64,000 nt of DNA from an uncultured Pelagibacteraceae bacterium (GTDB lineage: Bacteria > Pseudomonadota > Alphaproteobacteria > Pelagibacterales > Pelagibacteraceae). Position numbers and translations under genes: made by a program. Positions 31,296 through 41,351 of this stretch are shown here, one piece after another. Location: NCBI GenBank assembly GCA_902590505.1, contig CACIWZ010000005.1, forward strand, positions 35,082-99,081, given 5' to 3'. Under the pieces are notes generated by a model, which searched no databases, had not been told where the DNA came from, and saw only the letters and a list, made by a program, of their open reading frames with translations. Position 1 is the stretch's first letter, and each line of letters opens with the position of its first letter.

Positions 31296-32017
31296 TGCCA
31301 AAAATTAGACTGGGTGTAAACATAGATCACGTTGCAACTGTAAGAAATGCTAGAGGAGAGAATTATCCAGATCCTTTAAGAGCAGCATTACAAGCTGAAA
31401 AATGTGGAGCAGAGTCTGTTACTATACATTTACGTGAAGACAGGCGCCATATAAATGAGTTAGATCTCAAAAGAATTATTACAAAATTAAGAATTCCATT
31501 AAACCTTGAAATTGCAGCAACTAAAGAAATGCTCAAAATTGCTTTGAAAAGAAAACCTCCTTTTATTTGTATTGTTCCTGAAAAAAGAAAAGAAATAACA
31601 ACTGAAGGCGGCCTTAATCTTAACTATAGACGAAAATTTTTAGCCACAATAATTAAAAAACTAAAAAAAAATAGATGTAGAGTAAGTCTTTTTATAGAAC
31701 CAAATTTAAAAGATATTAAAGACTCAAAAAATTTAAATGCAGATTGTGTTGAAATTCATACAGGTAAATTTTGTAATCTAGTAAACAAAAATAAAAATTA
31801 TAAAAAAGAATTAGTTAAAATCAAAAATGCAATAAATTATGGTAATAAATTAGGTTTAGAGATACATGCAGGACATGGTTTGACATATAAATCTGCAAGA
31901 ATTTTATCTAATATTCAAGGTATTAAAGAATTCAATATCGGACATTTTTTGGTTGGTGAGTCTATTTTTGTTGGATTAGAGAGAGCAATAAAAAAATTTA
32001 AAAAAATAATTAAATAG
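31295..32017 (+). CDS. pdxJ: Pyridoxine 5'-phosphate synthase
   Basis: LGVNIDHVAT, HLREDRRHI, TTEGG, HAGHGL, EFNIGH. Confidence 0.97.
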   Translation: MPKIRLGVNIDHVATVRNARGENYPDPLRAALQAEKCGAESVTIHLREDRRHINELDLKRIITKLRIPLNLEIAATKEMLKIALKRKPPFICIVPEKRKEITTEGGLNLNYRRKFLATIIKKLKKNRCRVSLFIEPNLKDIKDSKNLNADCVEIHTGKFCNLVNKNKNYKKELVKIKNAINYGNKLGLEIHAGHGLTYKSARILSNIQGIKEFNIGHFLVGESIFVGLERAIKKFKKIIK

Positions 32018-32020
32018 ATA

Positions 32021-32404
32021 ATGGGTATATTTGGAATAGGAACTGATATTGTAAAGGTGAGTAGAATTAAAAAATTAATTATAAATAAAAAGTTTTTGAA
32101 AAGATTATTTAATAAAGAAGAAATTAAAAAATGTAGTAAATCAAAAAATACCTCCAGCTGTTATGCAAAAAGATTCGCAGCTAAAGAGGCCTTTTCCAAA
32201 GCTCTAGGTACAGGAATATCAAAAGGACTTAGCTTTAATGAAATTATAATCCTAAATAAAATTAGTGGAAAACCATTTATAAAGCTAATTAATTCATCAA
32301 AAAAAATTGTTGAAAAAAAATTTAAAAAAAAAAAATATAAGATTTCTTTATCTTTGACTGATGAAAAAAATTATGCCGTAGCTTTTGTGACGATTAGTAT
32401 ATGA
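32021..32404 (+). CDS. acpS: Holo-ACP synthase
   Basis: GIGTDIV, AKRFAAKEAFSKALGTG, GKP. Confidence 0.95.
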   Translation: MGIFGIGTDIVKVSRIKKLIINKKFLKRLFNKEEIKKCSKSKNTSSCYAKRFAAKEAFSKALGTGISKGLSFNEIIILNKISGKPFIKLINSSKKIVEKKFKKKKYKISLSLTDEKNYAVAFVTISI

Positions 32405-33141
32405 CAAAAAATAAGATTATTAATATAATTTTAGATAATATTAAAACTTTAATAGGTGCACTGATAATTGCAGTTTTAATTAGATCGTTAATTATTCAAC
32501 CTTTCTATATACCATCTTCATCAATGGAACCTACTTTGTTGGTTGGAGATAGAATATTTGTTTCAAAATATACTTATGGATATAGCAAACATTCTTTTCC
32601 ATTTAGTCCAAATGTATCTAATAAACGTTTTTTTTCAAAAAACCCAATTCAAGGAGATTTAGTTGTATTTAAAACACCTGCAGATAATAGAACAGATTAT
32701 ATCAAACGGTTAGTCGGTTTACCTGGTGATGAGATACAATTCATTAACGGTAACTTATATATTAATGAATCTCTTATTCCTAGACGCTCTGTTAAAATTT
32801 CTGAACCTGTAAGGTGTGGTGACTACTTACTAGATACAGATTCATTTATAGAAACTTTGCCTAATGGTGTTGAACATTTAGTTTCTTATAAAAAAGAAGG
32901 AACTTTAAAAAATACAAAAAAATATGTAGTTCCAACAAACCACTTTTTTTTGATGGGCGATAATCGAGATTGCTCGAAAGATAGCAGATATCTTGGAGAT
33001 GTAGGCTATGTTAAAAAATTAAATTTAGTTGGAAAAGCTAAACTTATTTTTTTTTCAAATGATACAAAAAAAGGAAGTATGTTAAAAATTTGGAATCTTA
33101 ATAATTCATTAAGGTATAAACGAACCTTTAAAAAATTATAA
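32401..33141 (+). CDS. lepB: Signal peptidase I
   Basis: IPSSSMEPTL, YIKRLVGLPGD, MGDNRDCSKDSR. Confidence 0.96.
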   Translation: MTKNKIINIILDNIKTLIGALIIAVLIRSLIIQPFYIPSSSMEPTLLVGDRIFVSKYTYGYSKHSFPFSPNVSNKRFFSKNPIQGDLVVFKTPADNRTDYIKRLVGLPGDEIQFINGNLYINESLIPRRSVKISEPVRCGDYLLDTDSFIETLPNGVEHLVSYKKEGTLKNTKKYVVPTNHFFLMGDNRDCSKDSRYLGDVGYVKKLNLVGKAKLIFFSNDTKKGSMLKIWNLNNSLRYKRTFKKL

Positions 33142-33806
33142 TGAATAAACCCATTAAAGAATTTGAAATAATTCTTAAATATAATTTTAAGAATAAAAAT
33201 TTGTTGCATAAGGCACTAACTCATAAAAGCTACAATAATAGTGAAAATAATGAAAAATTAGAATTTCTAGGTGATAGAGTACTTGGACTTATAATTTCAA
33301 AAACTCTACTAGATAAGTATCCACATGAAAAAGAAGGTGCAATTGATAAAAAATTTGCTAACCTGGTTAATAAAAAGACATGCATAGACATTGCAAAAAA
33401 ATTAAATATTAAAAAATTTCTTTATTTAGGATCTTCACATAAAAATCTTGAGAGATCTGCTGACAAAATTGAAAGTGATTGTCTTGAAGCTATAGTTGGA
33501 GCGATTTATGAAGATAGTGGTCTTAAATCTGCAGAAAATTTTATATTAAATTTTTGGGAACCTTATATTGATAAATCAATAGTTACTATTATTGATTCTA
33601 AAACTAAACTTCAAGAATTTAGTCTTAAAAAATTTAAGGTATTACCTAAATATACATTTTCTAAAAAAACAGGACCTCAACACAATCCATTATTCAAAAC
33701 AATAGTTGAGATTCCTGAGTCTAAAAAAATTTCAGGGTCAGGAAGTTCAAAAAAGCAAGCTCAACAAGATGCAGCAGCTAAATTAATAAAGATATTAAAA
33801 TTATGA
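33141..33806 (+). CDS. rnc: Ribonuclease III
   Basis: NEKLEFLGDRVL, EAIVGAIY, C-terminal dsRBD. Confidence 0.96.
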   Translation: MNKPIKEFEIILKYNFKNKNLLHKALTHKSYNNSENNEKLEFLGDRVLGLIISKTLLDKYPHEKEGAIDKKFANLVNKKTCIDIAKKLNIKKFLYLGSSHKNLERSADKIESDCLEAIVGAIYEDSGLKSAENFILNFWEPYIDKSIVTIIDSKTKLQEFSLKKFKVLPKYTFSKKTGPQHNPLFKTIVEIPESKKISGSGSSKKQAQQDAAAKLIKILKL

Positions 33807-34483
33807 ATTGGGAAGATGAGTGTTATTTATTATCAAAAAGAAAGTTTAGGGAAAATGCAAATATAATAAATGTATTTACTAAATCTAAAGGTAAAGTATC
33901 CGGGGTCGTATACGGTGGTAATTCAAGGAAAATAAGAAATTACTTACAACTTTCGAATAAACTGTTTGTTATTTATAATTCTAAGAATGAAAATAAAGCT
34001 GGTTATTTTAAAACTGAGTTGATTAAACCAGTATCACCAAGCTATTTTAATGACAAAAAAAGGACCTCGGCATTAATATCTTTGTGCTCAATTTTAAATA
34101 TTTTGCTGCCGGAGTTACAGCCTAATCAAAGTATATTTAAATCTTTCGAGAAATTCATAGAGTCTTTAAATTTAGAAAATTGGGTAATATTATATATTTT
34201 TTTTGAGTTAAATCTTATCAAAAATTTAGGATATGATCCCAATTTATCAAAATTTAAAAATGATGTAACAAATGTAGATGAAATTAAAAAAATAAAAATA
34301 GAGTCATTTAATTATGAGGTGCCTGAATATCTTATTTCTAAAAAAATTCCTGATAAAGCTAGTAATTACTTAATCAAAAAATCACTTTATTTCACTAGAC
34401 ATATTATTCAAAATAGATTCTTTATTCCAAATAATTTAATCTTTCCTAAATCAAGAATTCTTTTTGAAAATTATTTTAATTAA
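33803..34483 (+). CDS. recO: DNA repair protein RecO
   Basis: MNWEDE, RE...I..FT...G...G, FELNLIKNLGY; follows rnc. Confidence 0.85.
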   Translation: MNWEDECYLLSKRKFRENANIINVFTKSKGKVSGVVYGGNSRKIRNYLQLSNKLFVIYNSKNENKAGYFKTELIKPVSPSYFNDKKRTSALISLCSILNILLPELQPNQSIFKSFEKFIESLNLENWVILYIFFELNLIKNLGYDPNLSKFKNDVTNVDEIKKIKIESFNYEVPEYLISKKIPDKASNYLIKKSLYFTRHIIQNRFFIPNNLIFPKSRILFENYFN

Positions 34484-35474
34484 TTTGTTTTATTTTTTTT
34501 GCAATTTCAAGTGCAAAATAAGTTACTATTGCACAGGCCCCAGATCTTTTAAAAGAAGTTATGCTTTCAATCATTGCATCTTCTGATAAAATTTTATTTC
34601 TTATAGCATTTTTTAATAAACTATATTCTCCAGAAACTTGATATACTATTACAGGAACATTAAAATTTTTTTTTATATTACTGATTATATCTAAGTAAAA
34701 CATTCCTGGCTTTATCATTACTAGATCCGCACCTTCCTTGATATCTAGCCCTACCTCTCTAAAAGACTCTAAGTTATTTCTGTAGTCCATTTGATATGTT
34801 TTCTTATCTTTTTTAAGTTTTGATTTGCTTCCAACAGCATCTCTAAAGGGACCATAAAAATTTGAGGCATATTTTATTGCATAAGATAAAATACTAACGT
34901 CATAAAATTTTTTTTTATCTAAAGCTTTTCTTATTGCTCCAACTCTTCCATCCATCATGTCTGATGGTGCTATGATATCACAACCCATTTCTGCTTGAAG
35001 TAAAGCTTGTTTGACTAGTATTTTTATTGTTTCATCATTATCAATTTTATTTTTTTTCATAATACCATCGTGACCATGTGACGTGTATGGATCTAATGCA
35101 ACATCACACATAACACCAATGTCAGGAAATTTTGTTTTAATAATTTTCAAACCTCTGCAAATTAAATTATTTGGATTTAAAGCTTCAGATCCTTTATCAT
35201 CTTTTTTATTATTTGGTGTATAAGGAAATAAAGCAACCATAGGTATTTTAAATTTTCTCACTTCATTTAAAATAGTATAAAGTTTATCTACAGAATATCT
35301 ATTAACACCAGGCATAGATTTTATTTGCTCTATTTTATTTTTACCTTCTCTGATAAATATTGGTAAAACTAAATCATTATTCGAAATATTATTCTCAGAA
35401 ACTAGGTTTCTCAGCCATTTAGACTTTCTTAATCTTCTAAGCCTTGTTTTGGGATAAGATCCAACAGTTTTCAT
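34476..35474 (-). CDS. hemB: Porphobilinogen synthase (Asp-rich, Zn-independent type)
   Basis: RLRRLR, DVALDPYTSHGHDG, APSDMMDGR, FYGPFRDA, YQVSGEY. Confidence 0.97.
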   Translation of the reverse strand: MKTVGSYPKTRLRRLRKSKWLRNLVSENNISNNDLVLPIFIREGKNKIEQIKSMPGVNRYSVDKLYTILNEVRKFKIPMVALFPYTPNNKKDDKGSEALNPNNLICRGLKIIKTKFPDIGVMCDVALDPYTSHGHDGIMKKNKIDNDETIKILVKQALLQAEMGCDIIAPSDMMDGRVGAIRKALDKKKFYDVSILSYAIKYASNFYGPFRDAVGSKSKLKKDKKTYQMDYRNNLESFREVGLDIKEGADLVMIKPGMFYLDIISNIKKNFNVPVIVYQVSGEYSLLKNAIRNKILSEDAMIESITSFKRSGACAIVTYFALEIAKKIKQIN

Positions 35475-35552
35475 GTAAAGTCCTGATTTTTTATAATATA
35501 ATGCGACAAAAATATTATTATAAATATAATCACTGTAATTTAATTAGTTATT

Positions 35553-36005
35553 ATGAGCAATATAAAATTAAATAAAATTTTTAAAACTGCATGTATTGCC
35601 TCAGATCATGCAGGTTATAAATTAAAAGAGGATATTAAAAATTACTTAATAGATAAAAAAATGTCAGTTTTTGATATCGGACCGTATAATGATAACTCAG
35701 TAGACTATCCAGATTATGCTAAAAAACTGGGTAATAGAATCAAATTAAAAAAGAGTGATGTAGGTATTTTAGTTTGTGGGTCTGGAACTGGTATGGCCAT
35801 AAGTGCCAATAAAATCAAATCAATTAGAGCTGCGGTGTGCTATAATACGAAGTCTACAAGATTGTCTAGACAGCATAATAATGCTAATATAATTGCATTA
35901 GGATCTAGATTAACAAAAAAAAATTTATCTTTAAAATTAGTTGAGATATTTTTTAATACTAAATTTGAAGGTGGTAGACATTTGAGAAGGGTTAAAAAAA
36001 TTTAA
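35553..36005 (+). CDS. rpiB: Ribose-5-phosphate isomerase B
   Basis: SDHAG, DYPDYA, CGSGTGM, HNNAN, FEGGRH. Confidence 0.96.
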   Translation: MSNIKLNKIFKTACIASDHAGYKLKEDIKNYLIDKKMSVFDIGPYNDNSVDYPDYAKKLGNRIKLKKSDVGILVCGSGTGMAISANKIKSIRAAVCYNTKSTRLSRQHNNANIIALGSRLTKKNLSLKLVEIFFNTKFEGGRHLRRVKKI

Positions 36006-36007
36006 TT

Positions 36008-37309
36008 ATGTCAATAGCTGTAAAATTGAACAAATATTTAAATAGCTTTTTTAAATTAGATTTAAAAGAAGCTGATAAAGAATTGTACAAATCAATCGAG
36101 GAAGAATTTTTAAGACAACAAAATCATATTGAACTAATTGCTTCTGAAAATATTGTTTCTAAAGCTGTGTTAGAGGCTCAAGGATCAGTATTGACTAATA
36201 AATATGCTGAAGGGTATCCTGGAAAAAGATATTACGGCGGATGTGAACATGTTGATATTTCTGAAAATTTAGCAATCGATAGAGCAAAAGAATTATTTAA
36301 TTGTAAATTTGCTAATGTTCAACCTCATTCGGGCGCGCAAGCAAATGGTGCTGTTTATTTAGCATTATTAAAACCAGGTGATACTACATTGGCTATGAGT
36401 TTAAATTCAGGTGGTCACTTAACACATGGAGCTAAGCCAGCTCAGTCAGGAAAATGGTTTAACGCTCTTCATTACGATGTGAGTAAAAACACTGGACTTA
36501 TAGATTATGAAAGTGTTGAAAAACTTGCTATAGAAAATAAACCCAAACTTATAATTGCTGGAGGAAGTGCATATTCAAGAATTATAGATTTTAAAAAATT
36601 TAGGGAAATATGTGATAAGGTTGGCGCTTACTTACTAGTTGATATGGCTCACTTTTCAGGATTAGTTGCTGGCGGAGCTTATCCAAATCCAACACAATAT
36701 GCTGATGTAGTAACTTCTACTACTCATAAAGTTTTAAGAGGACCAAGAGGAGGAATAATTTTAACGAACAGAGAAGATTTAATAAAAAAATTTAATAGTG
36801 CAATATTTCCTGGACTACAAGGAGGCCCTTTAATGCACGTAATAGCAGCTAAAGCTGTATGTTTTAAGGAAGCTCTTTCACCAGATTTTAAAAAGTACAC
36901 ACAAAATGTAATTAACAATGCCAAAGTTCTCGCCGAGAAACTAAATGACAGAGGTTTTAAGATTTTTTCTGGAGGTACAGACACTCATTTAATGTTAATA
37001 GATTTAAGATCATTCGGTGTTACTGGTAAAGATGCCCAGGCTTCATTGGGAAGAGCTAATATAACTTGTAACAAAAATGGAATTCCTTTTGATAGTGAAA
37101 GTCCAATGATAACATCAGGCATAAGATTGGGAACACCGGCTTGTACGACTAGAGGTTTCGGTACTGATGAATTTAAATTAGTTGGTGATCTGATTTTTAA
37201 AGTAATAGATGGTTTAAGCAAAAATAAAGAAGATAACTCAATAATAGAAAAAGAAGTTCAAAAAGAAATAATTGAACTTTGTTCATCTTTTCCTATATAT
37301 AGTAGTTAG
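36008..37309 (+). CDS. glyA: Serine hydroxymethyltransferase
   Basis: [33 protein letters not shown]. Confidence 0.98.
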   Translation: MSIAVKLNKYLNSFFKLDLKEADKELYKSIEEEFLRQQNHIELIASENIVSKAVLEAQGSVLTNKYAEGYPGKRYYGGCEHVDISENLAIDRAKELFNCKFANVQPHSGAQANGAVYLALLKPGDTTLAMSLNSGGHLTHGAKPAQSGKWFNALHYDVSKNTGLIDYESVEKLAIENKPKLIIAGGSAYSRIIDFKKFREICDKVGAYLLVDMAHFSGLVAGGAYPNPTQYADVVTSTTHKVLRGPRGGIILTNREDLIKKFNSAIFPGLQGGPLMHVIAAKAVCFKEALSPDFKKYTQNVINNAKVLAEKLNDRGFKIFSGGTDTHLMLIDLRSFGVTGKDAQASLGRANITCNKNGIPFDSESPMITSGIRLGTPACTTRGFGTDEFKLVGDLIFKVIDGLSKNKEDNSIIEKEVQKEIIELCSSFPIYSS

Positions 37310-37316
37310 AATATTT

Positions 37317-37778
37317 ATGCTTTGTCCATTTTGTAGAGAAAAAGACACGTCAGTAGTTGACTCTCGTCCAACCGAAGACGGTACTGCTATTAGAAGAAGA
37401 AGATTGTGTGGATGTGAAAGAAAAGAACGATTCACAACATTTGAGAGAGTTCAGTTTCAAGAATTAACAGTAATCAAAGGCAATGGAAAAAGAGAGCCTT
37501 TTGACAGAGATAAAATTTCAAAATCAATAAGAATAGCAACAAGAAAAAGGCCAATTGACTCTGAAACTATAGAAAAGTTTATTTCAAAAATTGTAAGAAA
37601 TTTAGAAGGACTTGGTGAAAGTGAAATTCCAACACCGACAATAGGAAAATTTATTATGGAAGGTCTTTCATCTTTAGATAAGGTTGCTTATGTACGTTTT
37701 GCCTCTGTTTACAAGAATTTTAAGGAAGCAAAAGATTTTGAGGAATTCGTAGGCAATATTGATGAAGCAAAATCATAA
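37317..37778 (+). CDS. nrdR: Transcriptional repressor NrdR
   Basis: MLCPFC, DSR, RRRR, RFTTFER, ATP cone, [10 protein letters not shown]; ATG at 37317. Confidence 0.95.
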   Translation: MLCPFCREKDTSVVDSRPTEDGTAIRRRRLCGCERKERFTTFERVQFQELTVIKGNGKREPFDRDKISKSIRIATRKRPIDSETIEKFISKIVRNLEGLGESEIPTPTIGKFIMEGLSSLDKVAYVRFASVYKNFKEAKDFEEFVGNIDEAKS

Positions 37779-38829
37779 TTTTTTTTCAAATTTAGCATTT
37801 AATATAGCAGAAAGTAATGTTGGTAAGACAGATAAAAATCCATCTGTTGGATGTGTAATTGTTAAAAATAATTCTGTAATTAGTTCAGGCGTAACATCTA
37901 TTAAAGGGAGACCTCACGCAGAATATAATGCACTAAGTAAAAATCTTAATTTCAAAGACGCTTATATGTACGTTACCTTGGAGCCATGCACACATCATGG
38001 AATAACACCTCCTTGTACAAATTTAATAAAAAAAAAGAGAGTAAAAAAAGTTTATTATTGTTTTGAAGACCCAGATATTCGTACATATAAAAAGGCAAAA
38101 ATTGTTTTAAATAACACAATAAAAAAGATAAAAAAAATTGATGATAGAAATAAAGATTTTTATAAAAGTTATTTTTTTAATAAAAAATATAAACTTCCCT
38201 TCATTGACGCAAAAATCGCAGTATCAAAAGATTTCTCAACAATTAGCAAGAAAAATAAATGGATTACAAATTCCAGGTCTAGAAAAGTAAGTCATTTAAT
38301 TAGATCAAAGTACGATTGTATAATTTCAACATCAGCTTCAATTAATAAAGATAATTCTTTATTAAATTGTAGAATAAAAGGCTTAAATAATCTTAAACCT
38401 GACCTTGTGATAATCGATAGAAAATTAAGACTTAAAAAGAACTTAGCTCTTTATAGTTTAGCTAAAAAAAGAAAGACATATTTACTTACAACATCAAATA
38501 ATTCTAAACAAACTTCTTTTTTGAAAAAAAAAAATATAAAAATTATTAAATTAAATTCTTTATTAACAAAAGACGATTTTTTTAATTTATTTAGAAAATT
38601 GTTTCAATTAGGAAAAAGAAGAATCTTAATTGAGTCAGGCTTAATATTTTTAAACCAGCTCTTAAAAATGAACTTTATTAATAATCTTTACATTTTTCAG
38701 TCTAATATAAAGCTAAAGTCAAATGGATTTAATAATAGTAAAAAAAATTTGATTAAGAATTTAAAAATTTTAAAACAGGTTAATGTTAATTTAAATAACG
38801 ATAAATTACTTAAAGCCAGGATTCACTAA
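37762..38829 (+). CDS. ribD: Riboflavin deaminase/reductase RibD
   Basis: [26 protein letters not shown]; divergent reductase domain. Confidence 0.9.
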   Translation: MKQNHNFFSNLAFNIAESNVGKTDKNPSVGCVIVKNNSVISSGVTSIKGRPHAEYNALSKNLNFKDAYMYVTLEPCTHHGITPPCTNLIKKKRVKKVYYCFEDPDIRTYKKAKIVLNNTIKKIKKIDDRNKDFYKSYFFNKKYKLPFIDAKIAVSKDFSTISKKNKWITNSRSRKVSHLIRSKYDCIISTSASINKDNSLLNCRIKGLNNLKPDLVIIDRKLRLKKNLALYSLAKKRKTYLLTTSNNSKQTSFLKKKNIKIIKLNSLLTKDDFFNLFRKLFQLGKRRILIESGLIFLNQLLKMNFINNLYIFQSNIKLKSNGFNNSKKNLIKNLKILKQVNVNLNNDKLLKARIH

Positions 38830-39416
38830 TGTTTAATGGAATAATTTTCAATAAAGGTACTATTAGAAATATCAAAAAAAAAAACAAAAGTATTTTAATA
38901 GGAATTAAGTCAAATTTAAAAATTAAAAAAGAAGAGCTTGGATCCTCTATTAATTGTAATGGTGTTTGTCTCACTTTAGTAAAAATTGACAAAAAAATGA
39001 TTTATTTTTATATTTCAATTGAAACAATAAGAAGATCAAATTTTAGTAAAATCAAAATAGGTGATGAAGTAAATTTAGAAAAATCTTTAATATATGGTCA
39101 AAAAATATCAGGTCATTTCATTCAAGGTCACGTAGACACTACTGCAAAAGTTAAAAAAATTTTATTAATAGATAATTCTTGGATTTTAAAACTTGAATTT
39201 AAAAATAGAAAATTAATAAAACATTTAGAGGAAAAAGCCTCTATTTCGATTAACGGTGTTTCTTTAACAATTTCTAAAATTTCTAACAAAAATATTATTT
39301 TAAATATAATACCGCATACACTTAAACTTACTAACTTAAAGAATTTAAGATTAAATGATACAGTAAATGTCGAGTTAGATATATTTGGTAAATACATTTA
39401 TAAATACACAAAATAA
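38829..39416 (+). CDS. ribE: Riboflavin synthase (alpha chain)
   Basis: MFNGII, NGVCLT, VNLE, GHFIQGHVD, NGVSLT, IPHT. Confidence 0.95.
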   Translation: MFNGIIFNKGTIRNIKKKNKSILIGIKSNLKIKKEELGSSINCNGVCLTLVKIDKKMIYFYISIETIRRSNFSKIKIGDEVNLEKSLIYGQKISGHFIQGHVDTTAKVKKILLIDNSWILKLEFKNRKLIKHLEEKASISINGVSLTISKISNKNIILNIIPHTLKLTNLKNLRLNDTVNVELDIFGKYIYKYTK

Positions 39417-39417
39417 G

Positions 39418-40467
39418 ATGCCAAAAAATTTTTTTTCAAATATTACGTCAATTATTAAAGATGCAAAAAAAGGAAGAATGTTTATTTTAGTTGACGATAA
39501 AGATAGAGAAAATGAGGGAGATTTAATAATACCAGGTTCTAAATGTAATTCTCAAAGTATTAATTTTATGGCCAAGCATGGAAGAGGATTAATATGTTTG
39601 GCATTAACAAAGCAGCAAATTGAAAAACTTAAGCTACCATTAATGTCTCGAACAAATAAATCAAGAATGCAAACCGCCTTTACAATCTCTATAGAAGCAA
39701 GAGAGGGTATAACTACTGGAATTTCAGCATACGATAGAGCAAAAACTATCAACATTGCTATAAATAAAAATGCAAAAAAAAGTGACATAGTTTCTCCAGG
39801 GCATGTATTCCCATTGGTTGCTAGGTCAGGAGGAGTTTTAGAAAGAGCAGGACATACTGAAGCTTCTGTAGATATATCTAAACTAGCAAAAATAAACCCC
39901 AGCGCTGTTATTTGTGAGGTTATGAACGAGGATGGAAGAATGGCTAGATTAAAAGATCTTCAAAAATTTTCTGTTAAACATAAAATAAAAATCGCATCAA
40001 TTGAAGATCTTATCGCTTACAGACTGAGGAATGAAAAGTTAGTTATAAAATCTTATGTAAAAAAATCTAAAATTAAAAATTCTGAATTCATTATCTATGA
40101 AAATAAACTAAATAATTCAAAAAATTACGTAATAAAAAAAGGTAATTTTTATAGTAGTAAATCAATTCGTGTTAGAGTTATTTCTATTAATATCAAAAAT
40201 TCAAAATTAATATTGAAGAATTTACTTGTTAAAAAATCTTTAAAATATCTTATGAAGTTTAAAAACTTTGCATTAGTTATAATAAGCAAAGAAGTAAAAG
40301 AAAAAAATGAGAAGGAAAATCTTACTTTAAGGTACTATGGAATTGGCGCACAAATTATTAAGGATTTAAAAGTAAAAAATATGATATTAGTTACAAGAAC
40401 AAGGAAAAAAATTATTGGCCTAGAAGGATTTGGTTTAAAAATAAAAAAACAAGAAATAATTAAATGA
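39418..40467 (+). CDS. ribB: DHBP synthase with degenerate GTP cyclohydrolase II-like C-domain (RibBX-type)
   Basis: DRENEGD, TTGISAYDRA, PGHVFPL, RAGHTEA; C-terminal YGIGAQII without Cys ligands. Confidence 0.9.
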   Translation: MPKNFFSNITSIIKDAKKGRMFILVDDKDRENEGDLIIPGSKCNSQSINFMAKHGRGLICLALTKQQIEKLKLPLMSRTNKSRMQTAFTISIEAREGITTGISAYDRAKTINIAINKNAKKSDIVSPGHVFPLVARSGGVLERAGHTEASVDISKLAKINPSAVICEVMNEDGRMARLKDLQKFSVKHKIKIASIEDLIAYRLRNEKLVIKSYVKKSKIKNSEFIIYENKLNNSKNYVIKKGNFYSSKSIRVRVISINIKNSKLILKNLLVKKSLKYLMKFKNFALVIISKEVKEKNEKENLTLRYYGIGAQIIKDLKVKNMILVTRTRKKIIGLEGFGLKIKKQEIIK

Positions 40468-40880
40468 AAAAGAAAAAAATTTTAATTGTTGTATCTAGAT
40501 ATAATAAATTGATAACTAAAGGTTTAGAAAAAAACGCTATAGATCATCTCTCTCAACACAGTGATTTTGAGAAGTACCTTACTGAAGCTCCAGGAGCATT
40601 TGAAATTCCTTTTATTATTGAGAAATATATTAAAAAATATGATGGAGTTATTGCTCTTGGTTGTATTATTAAAGGAGAAACAAATAATTTTGAATTAATT
40701 TCTCAATCTGTTACCGATGCTTTAATTAACTTATCGATCAGACATAAAAAACCCGTAGGAAATGGCATCATTACATGTTTAAATGATAAACAAGCTAGTG
40801 ATAGAAAAAAAAAGGGGGCAGAAGCTGCTGCGGCTGTTGTTAATTTTTTCAATGGGCTTACTCCTTTTAAGTTGGATTAA
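40464..40880 (+). CDS. ribH: 6,7-dimethyl-8-ribityllumazine synthase
   Basis: PGAFEIP, IALGCIIKGET, KGAEAA. Confidence 0.95.
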   Translation: MKKKKILIVVSRYNKLITKGLEKNAIDHLSQHSDFEKYLTEAPGAFEIPFIIEKYIKKYDGVIALGCIIKGETNNFELISQSVTDALINLSIRHKKPVGNGIITCLNDKQASDRKKKGAEAAAAVVNFFNGLTPFKLD

Positions 40881-41282
40881 ATGTCTCAGAAAATAAATAA
40901 GAACTCATTACCTAGAGTGAAAATAGTTCAAAAAATTTATAATTTATTAATGAATCCTAATACTCAAGTAGAGTATCCTAAGAGCCAGTACAAAAAATTT
41001 ATTAAGGATGTTGTCGAGGGAACTTTGGAAAGGTCTGAATTGATCGAGAGCACTATTAATGAGCATTTAAATAGTGATATAGACTTAAAAAAAACTGATA
41101 AATTACTCAAAATTGTACTTTTTGCTGCAGTATTTGAGCTTTTATTTAAACACAATAATCCTAAGAAAGTAATTATAAGTGAGTACGTTTTGGCATCAGA
41201 ATATTTTTTAGAAAAAGTTCAAATTGGTTATTTAAACGCAATTTTAGATAAAATATCCAAAGTTATTAGAAAAGATGAGTAA
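40881..41282 (+). CDS. nusB: Transcription antitermination factor NusB
   Basis: KVIISEYV, LNAILD; follows ribH. Confidence 0.88.
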   Translation: MSQKINKNSLPRVKIVQKIYNLLMNPNTQVEYPKSQYKKFIKDVVEGTLERSELIESTINEHLNSDIDLKKTDKLLKIVLFAAVFELLFKHNNPKKVIISEYVLASEYFLEKVQIGYLNAILDKISKVIRKDE

Positions 41283-41351
41283 AAAATAACTGAATCTATT
41301 AACTTTAGCTTGCGTTTTAAACACTTTTTTGGCATTTATCCGCTTATTATA

